Source: Somniosus microcephalus
Lineage: Eukaryota
Reading direction: 5' to 3'
Length of the DNA: 64,000 bases
Assembly: GCA_052327205.1 (NCBI GenBank)
Contig: CM126217.1
Span: 71,300,001-71,364,000 of the forward strand
The notes beneath the pieces were generated by a model. It was not told where the DNA came from and ran no database searches. It worked only from the letters and a program-made list of their open reading frames with translations. Each line of letters begins with the position of its first letter. Within the stretch, counting starts at the first letter, position 1. The position numbers and the translations under genes are program-made. Shown piece by piece: positions 23,798 through 37,525 of the stretch.

Positions 23798-25570
23798 CAT
23801 AAGAACATAAGAAATAGGAGTAGACCATTTAGCCCTTCGAGCCTGCTCCGCCATTCAATAAGATCATGGCTGATCTTCTACCTCACCTCCACTTTCCTGC
23901 ACTATCCCCATATCCCTTAATTCCCTTAATATTCAAAAATCTATCGCTCTCTGTCTTGAATATACTCAATGACTGAGCCTCCACAGCCCTCTGGGGCAGA
24001 GAATTCCAAAGATTCACCACCCTCTGAGTGAAGAAATTTCTCCTCATCTCAGTCCTAAATGGCCGACCCCTTATTCTGAGAGTGTGACCCCTGGTTCTAG
24101 ACTCCCCAGCCAGAGGAAACATCCTCCCTGCATCTACCCTGTCAAGCCCTGTAAGAATTTTGTATGTTTCAATGAGATCACCTCTCATTCTTCTAAAATC
24201 TAGAGAATATAGGCCTAGTCTACTCAATCTCTCCTCATAGGACAATCTCTCCACCCCAGGAATCAGTCTGGTGAACATTCGTTGCACTCCCTCTATGGCA
24301 AGTATATCCTTCCTTAGGTAAGGAAACCAAAACTGTACACAATACTTCAGGTGTGGTCTCACCAGGGCCCTATATAATTGCAGTAAGACGTCTTTACTCT
24401 TATACTCAAACCCTCTTGAAATAAAGGTCAACATACCAATTGCTTTCCTAATTGCTTGCTGTACCTGCATGTTAACTTTCAGTGATTCGTGTACAAGGAC
24501 ACCCAGGTCTCGCTGAACACCAACATTTCCCAATCTCTCACCATTTAAAAAATACTCTGCTTTTCTATTTTTCCTACCAAAGTGGATAACTTCACATTTC
24601 TCCACATTATATTCCATTTGTCATGTTCTTGCCCACTCACTTAGCCTGTCTTTCTCTCCTTGAAGCCTCTTTGCATCCTCCTCACAACTTACATTCCCAC
24701 CCAGCTTTGTATCATCAGCAAACTTGGATATATTACATTTGGTCCCCTCATCCAAATCATTGATATAGATTGTGAATAGCTGAGGCCCAAGCACTCATCC
24801 TTGCAGGAGCCCACTAATTACAGCCTGCCAACCCGAAAATGACCTGTTTATTCCTATTCTCTGTTTTCTGTCCGTTAACCAATCCTCAATCCATGCTAGT
24901 ATATTACACCCAATCCCATGAGCCCTAATTTTGTTTAATAATCTCTTGTGTGGCACCTTATCGAATGCCTTCTGAAAATCCAAATACACCACATCCACTG
25001 GTTCCCCCTTAGCTATTCTACTAGTTACAACCTCAAAAAACTCTAACAGATTCATCAAACACGATTTCCCTTTCATAAATCCATGTTGACTCTGCCCAAT
25101 CATATTATTTTTTAAGTGCCCTGTTACCATGTCCTTAATAATAGATTCTAGCATTTCCCTACTACTGATGTCAGGCTAACTGGTCTGTAGTTCCCTGTTT
25201 TCGCTCTTAAATAGTGGGGTTACATTTGCTAGCTTCCAATCTGTGGGAACCATTCTAGAATCACTTATTCTGAGACTGTGACCCCTGGTTCTAGACTCCC
25301 CAGCCTGGGGGAACATCCTCCCTGCATCTATCCTGTCAAGCTTGTAAGAATTTTGTATGTTTCAATGAGATCACCTCTCATTCTTCTAAACTCCAGAGAA
25401 TATAGGCCTAGTTTACTCAATCTCTCCTCATAGGACAATCCCCCCATCCCAGGAATCAGTCTGGTGAACCTTCGTTGCACTCCCTCTGTGGCAAGTATAT
25501 CCTTCCTTAGGGAAGGAGACCAAAATTGTACATAATACTCCAGGTGTGGTCTCACCAGGGCCCTATATAT
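23798..25570 (-). mobile_element. CR1 LINE (23798-25260) plus a second CR1 fragment (25260-25570)
   Basis: ORFs 23883-24617, 24795-25154 and 25328-25555 carry CR1 RT motifs; (ttcttatg) tail. Confidence 0.92.
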
Positions 25571-25827
25571 GGTAGTTGTGTTGATATAAAGGCAATTTGT
25601 GCTTGGCTGTAGTACAGAAAAATTTGTTTATTGCTAACCATGCAATTACCCTCCTTTCAGTCCATGTTACAAATCTACTATGACTTAACCAAGGAGGTGC
25701 GCTAAGCTACACTTGATACTCCAGCAGCCTATCACTAAATATCCCCCTTGTGATGCTACAGGTAGTCATGAAGTTATATCCAGATTAAAATTGGCCTCAA
25801 CTGTGTGTTTTATGTTCATTTCAAATT

Positions 25828-27130
25828 GGGCACTTGGAGAGGTTTAAACTAATTAAGGAGAGCCAACATGGATTTGTAAAAGGCAGATCGTGCTTAACTA
25901 ATCTAATTGAATTTTTTGATGAAGTAACAGAGAGGATTGATGAAGGGAATGCAATGGATGTCTACATGGATTTTCGGAAGGCATTTGACAAAGTACCACA
26001 TAGAAGGCTGGCTAACAAAATTGAGGCTCATGGAATAGGTGGGTCAGTGGTAGCTTCAATAAGGAATTTGCTTAAGGACAGAAAACAGCAAGTTGTGGTA
26101 AATGGCTGTTTTTCAGACTGGAGGATGGTAGACAGTGGTGTTCCCCAAGGGTCAGTGCTGGGTCACTGTTTTTTAAAATATATATAAATGACCTGGATAT
26201 TGGAATACAGAGTAGAATTTCTAAATTTGCCGATGACACCAAACTTGGGGGTGTGGCAAACAGTGATGATGATACCAATTGACTGCAACAGGACATAGAA
26301 AGGCTAGCAGAATGGGCAGACAAGTGGCAGATGGAATTTAATACAGAGAAATGTGAGGTGATGAATTTTGGCAGAAGGAACAGGGAGAAGCAATATACAC
26401 TTAATGGCACAGTTTTAAAGAGTGTGCAGGGATAGAGGGACCTGGGAGTTAATGTGCATAGGTCCCTGAAGGTGGCAGGACATATTGAGAGAGTAGTTAG
26501 CAAAGCATCTTGGGCTTCATAAATAGGGGTATTGAGTACATAAGTAGAGAAGTTATGCTGAACCTTCTTAAAGTGCTGGTTAGGCCACAACTGGAGTATT
26601 GTGTCCAGTTCTGGTCACTACACTTTAGGTAGGATGTGAAGGCCCTTGAGAGGGTGCAGACCAGAATGGTTCCGGGGATGGGGATCTTAGCTACAAGGAC
26701 AGGTTGGAGAAGCTGAATTTGTTTTCATTGGAGCAAAGGAGGTTGAGGGGTGATTTGATGGAGGTGTACAAGATTATGATGGGTTTGGATAGGCTAGACA
26801 GGGAAAGGCTGTTCCCACTAGTTGATGGCACAAGGACTAGTGGACACATATTTAAGGTTTTGGGCAAGAGATACAGGGGGGATGTAAGGAAAAACTTTTT
26901 TACGCAGCACGTGGTGATAACCTGGAATGCGCTGCCGATGGAAGTGGTGGAAGCGGAGACACTCAATGTTTTCAAGGGGAGACTGGATAGGCACTTGAGG
27001 GAAATAAACTTGCAGGGCTATGGGGATAGAGCGGGGGAATGGGACTGACTGGATTGTTCTGCAGAGAGCCGGCACGGACTCGAGGGGCTGAATGGCCTCC
27101 TTCTGTACCGTTATTACTCTATGATGACTC
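25828..27130 (+). mobile_element. CR1 LINE, 5'-truncated
   Basis: [30 protein letters not shown]; tail actctatg. Confidence 0.92.
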
Positions 27131-27859
27131 TATGGTTATTGATTCCACTTTCTCCATTCTCCAATTTTCTTTCCAATTTCTTTCCTTTTCTCTCCTGCCA
27201 TCCAGCAAATGAGGTGGATATAGACATCCAGGGTCAGTCAGTGCTTCAAACCATGTAGAGCATTGGAGGAGATTGAACCATGAATTGGCATGAATACAGA
27301 ATAAGAATGCCGTGTGGTTCAGTTTCTTTTTATAACTGGTTAACTGCACAGAGTTAAATATTACGTTACAATATTTGTTGCTATGCTAAGTTAGCTCAGT
27401 TCTGGTATTTAGATTTCATAGAACCTTAAAGAAGGAGAACTTTCGTACCCTTTTGAAATTAATTAGTTAAAAGAATTATGATTAGGGCAGTGTGATAAGG
27501 CGTAAGGAAATTCTGTTAACTATATATTATTCACTCATTTTAACAAAAATATCTGCAAAACTGACACAAACAAAACAAGATTAAAATTATTCTTTTTTTA
27601 AATTTTGGATTTTCCAATAAATGTTGAAGTCCTTCCTTCCTCATTTTATTTTTCAATTTTGGTTCAAATCTGTGCTCATCAAGATAGAAGATATCAATAC
27701 TTCAAAATATTAGAATCATAGAGCACAGAAGGTCACCATTGTGCTGGATGACCTATCCATTTACTTACATTCCCCTTCCTTTTCTACTTTTACACTCAGG
27801 ATCAACACTTCTCACTCCCAGTTCAGGTATCGCGTGGATAAAATGCACAATAAAGGTAC

Positions 27860-29310
27860 ATGGGCCCAGCAAAAAAGTTGTAATCCAGCTTCTGAAGAGC
27901 ACTCTACATCTCACCAGTGTAGCATTTCCACTTCCTCTTCCAGCTATTTTAAGACGACTCTGAATGAGATTGATAAATTAGTGTAAAGTATGACCAGTTC
28001 AATGCTAATAACTTGCTCTCATTTGGAACTGAATTGAGGCAACCAAAAATGAATGTAATTGAAGATTTTTACCCCTTTCAGAGAGAGCTTTCATCATAAC
28101 CAGTGAAGATGTAGAAAAAAATGGATTTGTATAGTGATAGGTTAGAAATTAGACATAAATACATTGCCAGGAAAGATAGAAAGCTGACATGCTCTGAAGG
28201 GTCCCCATTAGTTGATGTCATTGGACAGTATCCATTGCATTGTTTTACTGAAGAAATTAGGGACATAGTAGGATCTATTGTGGAGCTCTCTAAATGCTGT
28301 TACTTTAAAACAAATAGCTTAAAAAAGAAAGTAACTACCTGGGTTGCATCTAGGGATGGATATTTAGTTTTCCCTTGAGTTACCTGTAATTTGCTGCCTT
28401 ACAAACTCAACTGTTAGTTATAATCTAGGTCAGAGGCTCTGAAACTGTTGATATGTGAGTACTAGCAAGCCTGGTTCAAATGAAATTGATGACTAAACTA
28501 CGTAATGAAGTTGGAGTTTGATTTCCTGTTTTCAGGTCATTAACTTTTGGATTGATGCAAAACATCTGCATTTTACATGTATATATGTAATATATAGTCA
28601 GCATTTTTAAGTTCAAAACCGCACGAGTGAAATATTCTTTTTGAGTGAAGATTGTTTTCCACTTCCAAACATGACTTTCAGACGCTTCATTAGATATCTA
28701 AATTCCATTTCGATATATAGTGATATAATTATGTGAACTTAAAGGTAGGCAGTGGTACCTGAGAGTTTCTGGTAGAATGATTTGTTTGAAAGCATATTCG
28801 CTTCACGAATTTTGTTTTTTCTCACTTTTCTCCCCTTTTCTTCTGAAGGCACTGAGTCATGCTGGGATATGATTCCACAAGCACTGGCAGATCTCCAATA
28901 CCTGTTCCAAATTATTTTTCATGCACAAACCCAGACCATGTGTGTTGACAGGCTATTTAACCATAAAGAACATTACAGCCAAGTCTGACTTTGTATTCAC
29001 TCAATGTTCAATGCATGTGTAAAATCCATCATAAGTCCTTGGATTGTAGTCTGGTGTGGGAACCCTAGCTGATTTTTCACTTTTGTAGCTCAACGGCCAT
29101 TTGTTGTGCCCCAACCCCAGGTTCTGTTTTTTGAACTATCATTTTGTGATGTCAAATAATATAACTGCCTTTAAGGGGAAGGAACAACTGAGTAGGCAAA
29201 AAACAAGGCTACATGATGTCAGTCCTGAGGGATACAATATGGAAGATAATCTGTTGAAACTATTCATTAACAGTTTGGATTTCTTCATTTATTATCTCGA
29301 GTATTTTTAG
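27860..29310 (+). pseudogene. Decayed IL-10-family cytokine gene remnant 3
   Basis: HQCSISTSSSSYFKTTLNEIDKLV (~27912-27983); LHCFTEEIRDIV...KKK|gtaact (~28220-28330); GKEQLSRQKTRLHD|gtcagt; MEDNLLKLFINSLDFFIYYLEYF* (29239-29310), ungapped against IL-10 [23 protein letters not shown]. Confidence 0.35.
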
Positions 29311-29504
29311 ATATTAAAATTATTGAACAATAAAGATCAAAATTTAAAAATCAGCATATTCAACAACTGTTTCCAATCCTATATCCAAGCCTATGGTAAC
29401 ATCACTCTAAAAGCTCCACTGTGCATATTATAATGGCCCCAATGTTGTAAGGAAAGAACAGTATTCACTCTTTTGAATGAAATAAATTAAGAAAATATGT
29501 CAGA

Positions 29505-30235
29505 CATAATTGTCAGAATTTGCCAGCGACCATTTTGGGTCGCTAACATTGCCTGGGCACTAAATTTAGCGGGCAGCGAAAAAAAGCACCGGCAATCGGT
29601 AAATTCAGTTTTAGCCCCCAAGAGGGAGGTGGAGCTAATTCAAGTGCTCCACTTCCTTAGAGCGCTAACCCCAAATATCAGGGCAGTGCGTTCTGCAGCG
29701 CTATGCACTGGGCCACGTAACACTGCTGCATGGAAGGGCTCTTCCCCTCATTAAAGGGGAGGGCCCAAGCCCACAACTCTGCAGGGCCCGACCTGGACCA
29801 CCAGGGAGTGGGGTGCCGTGCCAGCAGCCAGGCACATAAGAAGAGTGCCGGGCTGCCAGATCATGGCACGGATCCCTCGTTCAAAGAGGCAATGGGCCGC
29901 GACAAATAGGTCAGCTGATTTTTTTTCCCCCGCCTGCCACCTCCCCTTTACTTATTGCCCTGCGAGCCTCCTGCTGCTCCGTTCCCACCCCCTGAATCGG
30001 TTGCTGTCATCGCCCAGTGCAGATTCAGGGGGCGTGGGCCAATTTTGCAGGCGGGGCGAAAACGGGACGCTGTGCACGGTGATGATGTCGTCAGCGGAAT
30101 GGGGCACTACTGGTTACCGCTGCCGCTACACTCCTGCTGAATTTAGCGGGAGTCGTTAGCGGCGCCGCGCCCGGGCAAAAAGTCATTTGCGTCCCGTTAA
30201 CACCCCCCGGGGCACTAATGCACCGAATTTCTAAA
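29505..30235. mobile_element. Harbinger-type MITE, degenerate ends
   Basis: Internal similarity to 38150-38860 (aaatttagcggg, gatgacgtc-like motif, gggcgctaa); right end gaatttcta. Confidence 0.65.
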
Positions 30236-31840
30236 TGTATCCATGAATCTTTCCTCAACTAGCTTTATACTCATTTCATTGCTCTGAATGCATTGACCGC
30301 CATGTAGCAGCAGTTATCATTAATTATGTGAGACTAGTGAAAAAGCACAATATTATATAAAAACTTTGAATTTCAGTCCCCCAAAATTAATTTTAATTAA
30401 TTCAAAAAACATTTCTATGAAACGTAATTAAAAAATAATCAGTCTCCAGTTATGTTAGTTGTTGAAATACTGCAATGTAGAGCTCATTTCATTTGGTTGT
30501 CTACAGAGCTGTCATGTAGGTGTGGCTTAGACTTCAGCCAGGTATCAATCAGCAGTCTGTCTTGCTCATGACCATAAGGTGGAGGGATATATAGGAGTCG
30601 AACCAAAACTGCTTGATTAAGGGAATTAAGTCTCATTTTAACGGTCTAGTACGTTATTTACATACAATTATATATAACGGTTCAAGTTCGGGTTAATTTG
30701 GAAAGTGTGTTCAAATTAAATAAAAATATACGTCCACCTATTACAGGCTATGGTCTATGATTGGATGTGAGTTACTGTTTAGTACTGGTAATGTAATACT
30801 GGAAGCTTGATGCTTTGGATTAAATTAAAGTGCTTATCTATTTCTTACCTAAATTGATAAAGCCATTATATTTTACCCCTTCAATTTGCATCATTCAGAT
30901 TTGAAGGATATTGGAGATTGGAGAGAGGCTGCTTTGTGGGAGTGAGATCTGGAGCAGACCCGTTGCTGTGATTTGGTGTGCTTTGAATTTTGGAATTATG
31001 TAACTGGATTTGTCCATATTCATATGGAAGGCTTTTATTTTTATTGACTTGGCTTAAGAATTATTTTATTAATTTGTTGCAATACGTTGATTCGGTGTTT
31101 AAGTAAGTTCATTCAGGCATAAGGCATTTTAATTTGAATAGCAGTAGGAATATCAATACCATTAGTGCCTGTCGAGCAGGATAAGATGAGGTTTTGGGAG
31201 CGGGGTGGGAGGGGGGTTGGAATTGAGGAACTATGCAAAAATCTGATCATGCAACATCATGATCTGTAGGGTTATTGAGTCTGAGGTAGTCACAAGCACA
31301 AATTTAGGAAAAACTGGGGAGGGGGAAACTACTGTACTCCTCCAATGGTAATTTTGAGGGTGCAATGTACTATTCATCTGAGCAACATTCCAGATCCCGG
31401 CCCATTATCTCATGACTGCCTTGCTCTCACTTGTTTATTGGCAGATCATGGATAGGCAGAAGGGAAATCAGGGCTTTGCTACTCTCTTTTTACATCATGA
31501 CGGGGCACATACATGGACTGTGATGTTTCCTAGCAGCTGTGATGTTGCCTAGCTTTCCCACTTCATCATCTTTGCATCAGTCAACAGGCTTTCAAACCTA
31601 TATTGATCTTTAAGTGTTGTCCAATAGAGACCTGGAAAGTGCATTAACTTTCCATTAATTAAGATAAATTGCTACTAATAGGGAAAATACTGGTGGGTTG
31701 AGTCTGAGAGCACATGCTTTTGTCTTAGGCTTGCTTCCCCAATGTTGCACAAATATCGATCCCTATTGGGGACATGAGAGACCAAGGGTTGCTTTCTGAT
31801 GTGTGGACCCATATATACAGTATGATGATATATATACTAG

Positions 31841-32048
31841 CCATGGTGTGGAGATGTCGGAGTTGGACTGGGGTGGACAAATGTAGGAAGTCACACAACA
31901 CCAGGTTATAGTCCAACAGCTTTATTTGAAATCACAAGCTTTCGGAGCGCTGCTCCTTCGTCAGGTGAAGTGACGAAGGAGCAGCGCTCCGAAAGCTTGT
32001 GATTTAAAATAAAGCTGTTGGACTATAACCTGGTGTTGTGTGACTTCC
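31841..32048. mobile_element. Penelope-like mini element forming a 78-bp inverted repeat; minimal hammerhead on minus (31933-31967)
   Basis: Arms 31886-31963 and 31971-32048 with a 7-nt loop; flanked by a gatatatatact duplication. Confidence 0.85.
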
Positions 32049-32570
32049 GATATATATATACTGTGATTGTCCAAAGTTGTATATGTGAGTTTCTCACTAG
32101 ATCGGCTGAGAGGTTTTTTCTCCACCAGTGTTTGTTTTATACTATTATTACTAGCTCTGACCCAGCTTATCACCTCAGACCTACACATCTCTACAAAAGT
32201 CAAAAGGCGCATTTTTAATTGCAGTGAAATGAAAGTGCAAACTTAATGTGCCAACTTTTGTGGTTATAGATGTTAAAATCTAACCAGAAAGCACTAATTC
32301 TAGGAAAGTGTTAACTGCATGATGAGTAATCTTTGGCTTGCTATTGCATACATCACATAGGTTTCACCACATTTGCAGTCTTACGGATATATTTTTATCT
32401 TTAAAGTTCTTAGTTAAAAGAATATCCTTGTCCTAAATACATTAGGGACTAGGTTTAGCTAGTGCCTACTGCCATAGGTGCTTAATTAGTGGATAACAGG
32501 GGAAATTGAGTAAGTAGCAGTATATCGCACTTCCAGTGGAAATTGCAGATGGCTCCAAAGTGGAGTTAAA

Positions 32571-34172
32571 GGCCTAGAAGTTCAATTAAGCCCAAAGACA
32601 GGAGGTGCCACCACAGGCCAATGTTAACAGTTGCCTACAAGGAGAGCAAGGCAGCACTGGTATTTTAGTGCCGCCTGCTGATTGAAATGAGTGCAGTGCA
32701 GAAGCTCCTGTGCAACGCGCTCTTTCCATCATTAACATCAGCAGGAGGCCAAAGGTCGGGTCTAAAGGATCGGTGTGGCGTCCTCGGGCAGTCATGTTAT
32801 TAACAGTTACCATCTCCACCACCCCCCACCCCACCTCCTCCCAATTCCTCAGACAATACAAATTGCTATATCCCGTCTTTATGAGATATGGGGGGAAAAA
32901 TTCAGTATCACCCCATTTGGGGCACCATTATCGGCCGTGCGCAAAGTTTAGCGCCTGCCGCTAATTATCGCCTCCGACGGCAAACTTGGCTTTTATCGCC
33001 CCTGGAGGTGATTGGAGCGCTAAATCAGGTGCTTCACACCTGTCTTAAGGCGCAAAGGCTGAGCAGCGAGGCGCTACCTCAGAGCGCTGGCGAAGCAAGG
33101 ACAATCAAAATGAACCTGCAAAGTACTGCTCAGTACCCAAAACCCCTTCACACAGCAGCGTTGAATCTCTCCAGAAGTCAGTCTCTCTCTCTCAGAATGC
33201 ATGGTGCAAAAATGTCACCAACAAAAAAAGGCAGGAAGTGGTCATCTTTAAATAGCGCTCCCCCAGTCCCTTTCTGACTGCAAAACGCTCCCCTTAACCT
33301 GTCGTTGCTAGCGGCAGGCGGTAAGGCAGGGGGCGCCACTCAATATCCGGTCCCGGGCGCTACTGGGGCGTTGCGCACTCAACTGACGTCACGATCTGCC
33401 GGCGCAGGAGATCGTGGCGGTATTGTTTAGCGTCGCTGAAAAATATCTAGTTAATTTTGCGAGCGGCGCAAATATCGCCGCGCCCGGGCGCTAGTTGCTT
33501 TGTGCCCCATTAGCGCCCTCTTAAGGTGCTAATGGGAGGCGCAAACAACTGAATTTTTCCCCCATGGGGCTAGTTGAAAAGTTAAGATTTTCAATAAGAA
33601 TAAAAAAAACTTCTAAGTCTTAATATTTCATTGTTTAGTGGGTTCATCAGCATTTTCTTGATGTAAACTGGATCTTGATGAAAAGATCCAAAAAAAATTT
33701 AATTAAGCAACAACGAAAAAGAAGCCAGCTCGATCTGGATCATGTTAAAGAATTTTTGCAATAAACTGAAAGACAATTGAAGTCAGTTATTTGGGTGTAA
33801 TTTATTTAAAAGTAGCACGGTAAATGTGAATTGTACTGAATAGTTACTATGTTATAAGTAAGTTTATAGCTCACTGCCGCTTTCTCCCGGCTCTACGCGC
33901 TGTCAACGGCTGCACGCATGGGCGTGCTTTGGAGAGAGCGGCGACGTCCAAAATCGCTGAGCGTGCATCAATTCGGTGTTGCACAGCGACTGACGTCATG
34001 GTCCTGGTAATTAAAATACTTGCAGAGAGCTTAGGCAATGGCAGCGCTGCTGACCTGCCCAATGTGGCAGCTGCAGCGTTCCACGCCAGAAGTGGGCGGA
34101 AGCGAGGCGGCCGCCATTTTTTCTTCAAAACCAGCCTTAACGGCCGGCGCTAAAGGTTCCAATTTCTAGGCC
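32571..34172. mobile_element. Harbinger-type MITE carrying a nested MITE
   Basis: TIRs ggcctagaagtt / aatttctaggcc; TSD AAA on both sides. Confidence 0.7.
32891..33563. mobile_element. Harbinger-type MITE (nested)
   Basis: Perfect 15-bp TIR gggggaaaaattcag; TSD ATG. Confidence 0.9.
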
Positions 34173-34419
34173 AAAGTGTCTAACATGAATTTACTTTTGT
34201 TCATGCTTGTACGCTTGTTCAGGCCAGTCAAGGTCTGCGTGAAACATCATTTGCTCCAGTGACACTTCCCTCTGCTAATTTTTACTTACTTACTCCACTT
34301 GTTTGTTCCTACTTTGGACAGGAATTAAAATAACAGGAGTGCAGCACATGCTAGACAGTTTTCAGCATGAGCAGCATTGCTCCTGTTTGTTTTTAGTGCA
34401 TAAGCACAGAGGGCAAAGG

Positions 34420-35510
34420 GCGGAATTAGAGTGTGCAATGCATAGAAGTCTCACAGCCTCTGCCATTAGACACTCATGGCAACATGGCTACCATCTCAGG
34501 TCCCACCTGACTACAGACCACTGCATGGGACACCTACATTCAATCAGGGAGAAAGTCAGCTCAGGACAATCTTGGTGAACCCCAAGAGTAACTAACCACC
34601 GTGAGCATGGCTCTGCCTGGGACCATAATCCGACATTTGTTTTTGTTTCTCGGTCCTTGCATAGGGGATTTTACAGCAGCTAGCTGGTCCGTGGTGCAGC
34701 AATGCATCCACAGTCACCGAGGATCTGCTATGTGCACTTTGGCACTGAGCCACAGCAGCAGAGCCCCAGGCACCAAGTCTTCTTTGATACTGACAGTTTC
34801 CAAAGGTTGCAAGGCATGATCAGTTACACACAAATGCCATTTGGGCTCTGTCAGGCCAAACCATTCTAACAAATGTAGAAAAGGCGATTACTCAGTCAAT
34901 ATGCAGATATTTTCTGACATCAACCTTAGCGTCCTCTATATTACATTATTGGGGATAGTGCGGGAATGTGGAGATGAGGTAGAAGATTAGCCATTATCTT
35001 TATGAATGGCGGAGCAGGCTTGACGGGCCAAATGGCCTGTCACTTATGTTCTTAATACCAGGTATCTGGGAATTGCCATCTGCACATTCTGCGACAGTCC
35101 AACATTCAAAATCTTTTTACACAGGGATAATAAGCTGGATGGATGGGTACTTGGTGATTCCAGTTATCCTCATTGACTTAGATTGATTACATCATGTTGC
35201 CATTGCATCCAGCAGGAAAAGCACTACAATAAGGCCCATGCTAAAACCTGGAATATTAAAGCAAAGATTCTGTTACCTGGCTCAATCACAGCACTCTTAC
35301 AGCACTCATGAAGGTGTGCAAGATAGCGATGGCATGCTGTATACTGCATAATATAGCAATCAAGAGAGGCATCAGCAGGCATGACGTTAATGAGCTGATG
35401 CCTCCAAGGAATAATCAGAAGAAAGAAGCATCTGAGGATATGGCTGCAGTGAATGAAACTTTATTGTCTGACACCACAGCAGCATGAGGAGATACTTGCC
35501 ACATTCTTTA
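34420..35510 (+). pseudogene. Decayed Harbinger (HARBI1-like) DDE transposase
   Basis: Ordered motifs RKGDYSVNMQIFSD, HILRQSNI, GWVLGDSSYP, HYNKAHAKT, KQRFCYL, ACCILHNIA; a small CR1 tail is inserted at ~34945-35053. Confidence 0.8.
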
Positions 35511-36499
35511 GCTGAGCCCCAACATGTCCATTTTTAAGATGTCCGAGGGCAGTGATGCTTGCTTATTTTGCTTGTCCTTTTCAACACTATTGCTGCCCTG
35601 CAGCTTACACCTGATGGCTGATAGTGTTTGAAAATATTTGAAGACAAGATTCCAATATAAAATGGAGTTGATCTTGTTGTTTCCTGCTTGCTTCTTGCAT
35701 TCTGACAGATGCAGGTTAGCTGTGTGTGCAGCCCTAACTTAGCATATGCCAGAACTGTGTACTCGGAGATTGAAGATGCAATGTGCATCCTGTCAGCATG
35801 TATTTGGCGGAACCACTGCTCCATGGTGCTAGCCAGTTGTCCGATACTAGTGGTCATCTGGGTCATGCACTCCCACATAGCACTTAGATGTTCACTCTCA
35901 CTGTGCTCAATGGAGCGGAATGACTTTTTAGTGTCAACGGTATGTTACAGCATTCTCCATTCCAATGATTCTACACTGAGGTCTCCATCCATTGGCAATA
36001 CAGGAGTGGTAGCATGTAACATGGTTCTCCATTTTGATTCTACTGCATTCTTCTATTCTGGTCCTGGATGTACCTCAGACCTTGTTCTGTATGACTATCA
36101 CTGGATGAAGAATGCTCTTGTTCAGGGTGTAGGGTGCTCATGGGGAATGCTAAGGGGAATGCTCCATGAAAATGATTGTGAAGATGACTGTAGTTTAATG
36201 GATGTGTGAGGCTTTTCCATCTCAGCCCTCATGGCACTGGGCCAATGTTTTCATCTGCAGAGAGAATATAAAGAGAAAAATAAGCAGTTGTTTACATGCT
36301 GCAATGAACTAACACTCACAGCAATGCTATTGATATAGAGAAGAGGGTGGGTGCTATATAAATTTGAAGGCTACGTAGACCTACAATCCTCATATCACGT
36401 ACCATTGATACACAAGCAGATACCTCTTTATAGTGGGAGCTGAACTTTTGGGAGCCAATTCCAGAGAACAAGTTCTCCCAGGGGGTTCTCCCTCAAGTC

Positions 36500-37525
36500 G
36501 TCTTCTTATCGTGTCCACGGACAGTCTATACATAGTACAGCCAGAACTGGACACATTTTTGCGCCTTGTTGTTGAATTCGGCAAGATCTGCAACAGTGCA
36601 GGGTTCCTCTAATGATGGATATTGCAGGAGATGTTGCATAGTCTGTGCCTCAGTTCCACATTCACAAGTTGTCGGGCTGGTTGAATATCCCCATTTGCTT
36701 AGTGGCACCTTTGAGCAACTTACACCGGTCCTAAGTCTGTTAAGGCACTTCCAGGTTGCCCAGTTGCAATTAGCTCCTGGGGGAAGGCTTTCATCAAGTA
36801 AAATTTCCATCGCTGGGGGTTGTTCAAGACTGGCGAGCCGGTCTTTCCACAAGGCGATGCGGGCTTCAGATGAGGTTGATTGTAATGGAACAACACTGTT
36901 CATGAAGCTCTTTCTTGACTTTAGGCGGCTGGGTGTAGGTGTATGACAATGCAGAGGGTGTCTCTCATCTGATGTTTGACGGAGTCATTCTTTCTTGCTG
37001 GCTACCGTTCTTCTTATATCAGGGGGAGCGATACCCGCCAGGATATATAGGCTGTTGGTGTTTGTTGGTTTTAAGCAACCTGTGATAAATCGGCAGCTTG
37101 CATTCAGAATGGCATCCATCTTCTTGGCATGAGTAGACCTTTCCCATGCAGGGCAGGCGTATTCGGCAGTGGAATAGCAAAGAGCAAGTGCACTGGTTCA
37201 CAATGTTTTCGGGCTTGTTCCCCATCTTGTGTTAGTGAGCTTATTCAGGAAGTTGTTTCGTACGCTCGCTTTTGCCTTTGTCTTCTCAATGTGGTTCTTA
37301 AAGGTGAGGCATCGGTCAAGGGTGATTCCTAAGTAGATAGGGTGCTCGCAATGCGTCAGTGTTGCTCCACACCAGGTTACTTTCAGCTGGTGTTTGGCTT
37401 CATGGTTTCTGAGGTGGAATGCACAAACTTGCGTCTTTGATGGGTTTGTGCGAAGGTGGTTTTCTTCATAGTAGGATTTTAGTCCCTCCAAGGCCTCAGA
37501 AAGCGTTTTCTCCACGGTGTTAAAA
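36500..37525 (-). mobile_element. Vingi/Ingi-like non-LTR retrotransposon 3' fragment
   Basis: FHLRNHEAK..YLGITLDRCLTF..RNNFLNKL..WG and WKCLNRLRTG..CECG..QTMQHLL; short 3' tail acacgataagaag. Confidence 0.7.

Noticed and set aside
27950-28330. IFN-gamma-like reading (NEIDKL, SEDVEKNG, KDRKL)
   Set aside because: Only short motifs, it implies a 30-nt intron, and no convincing last exon or basic tail was found.
30899-31050. Possible extra cytokine last exon (IGDWREAALWE*DL)
   Set aside because: Isolated and too short to distinguish from chance.
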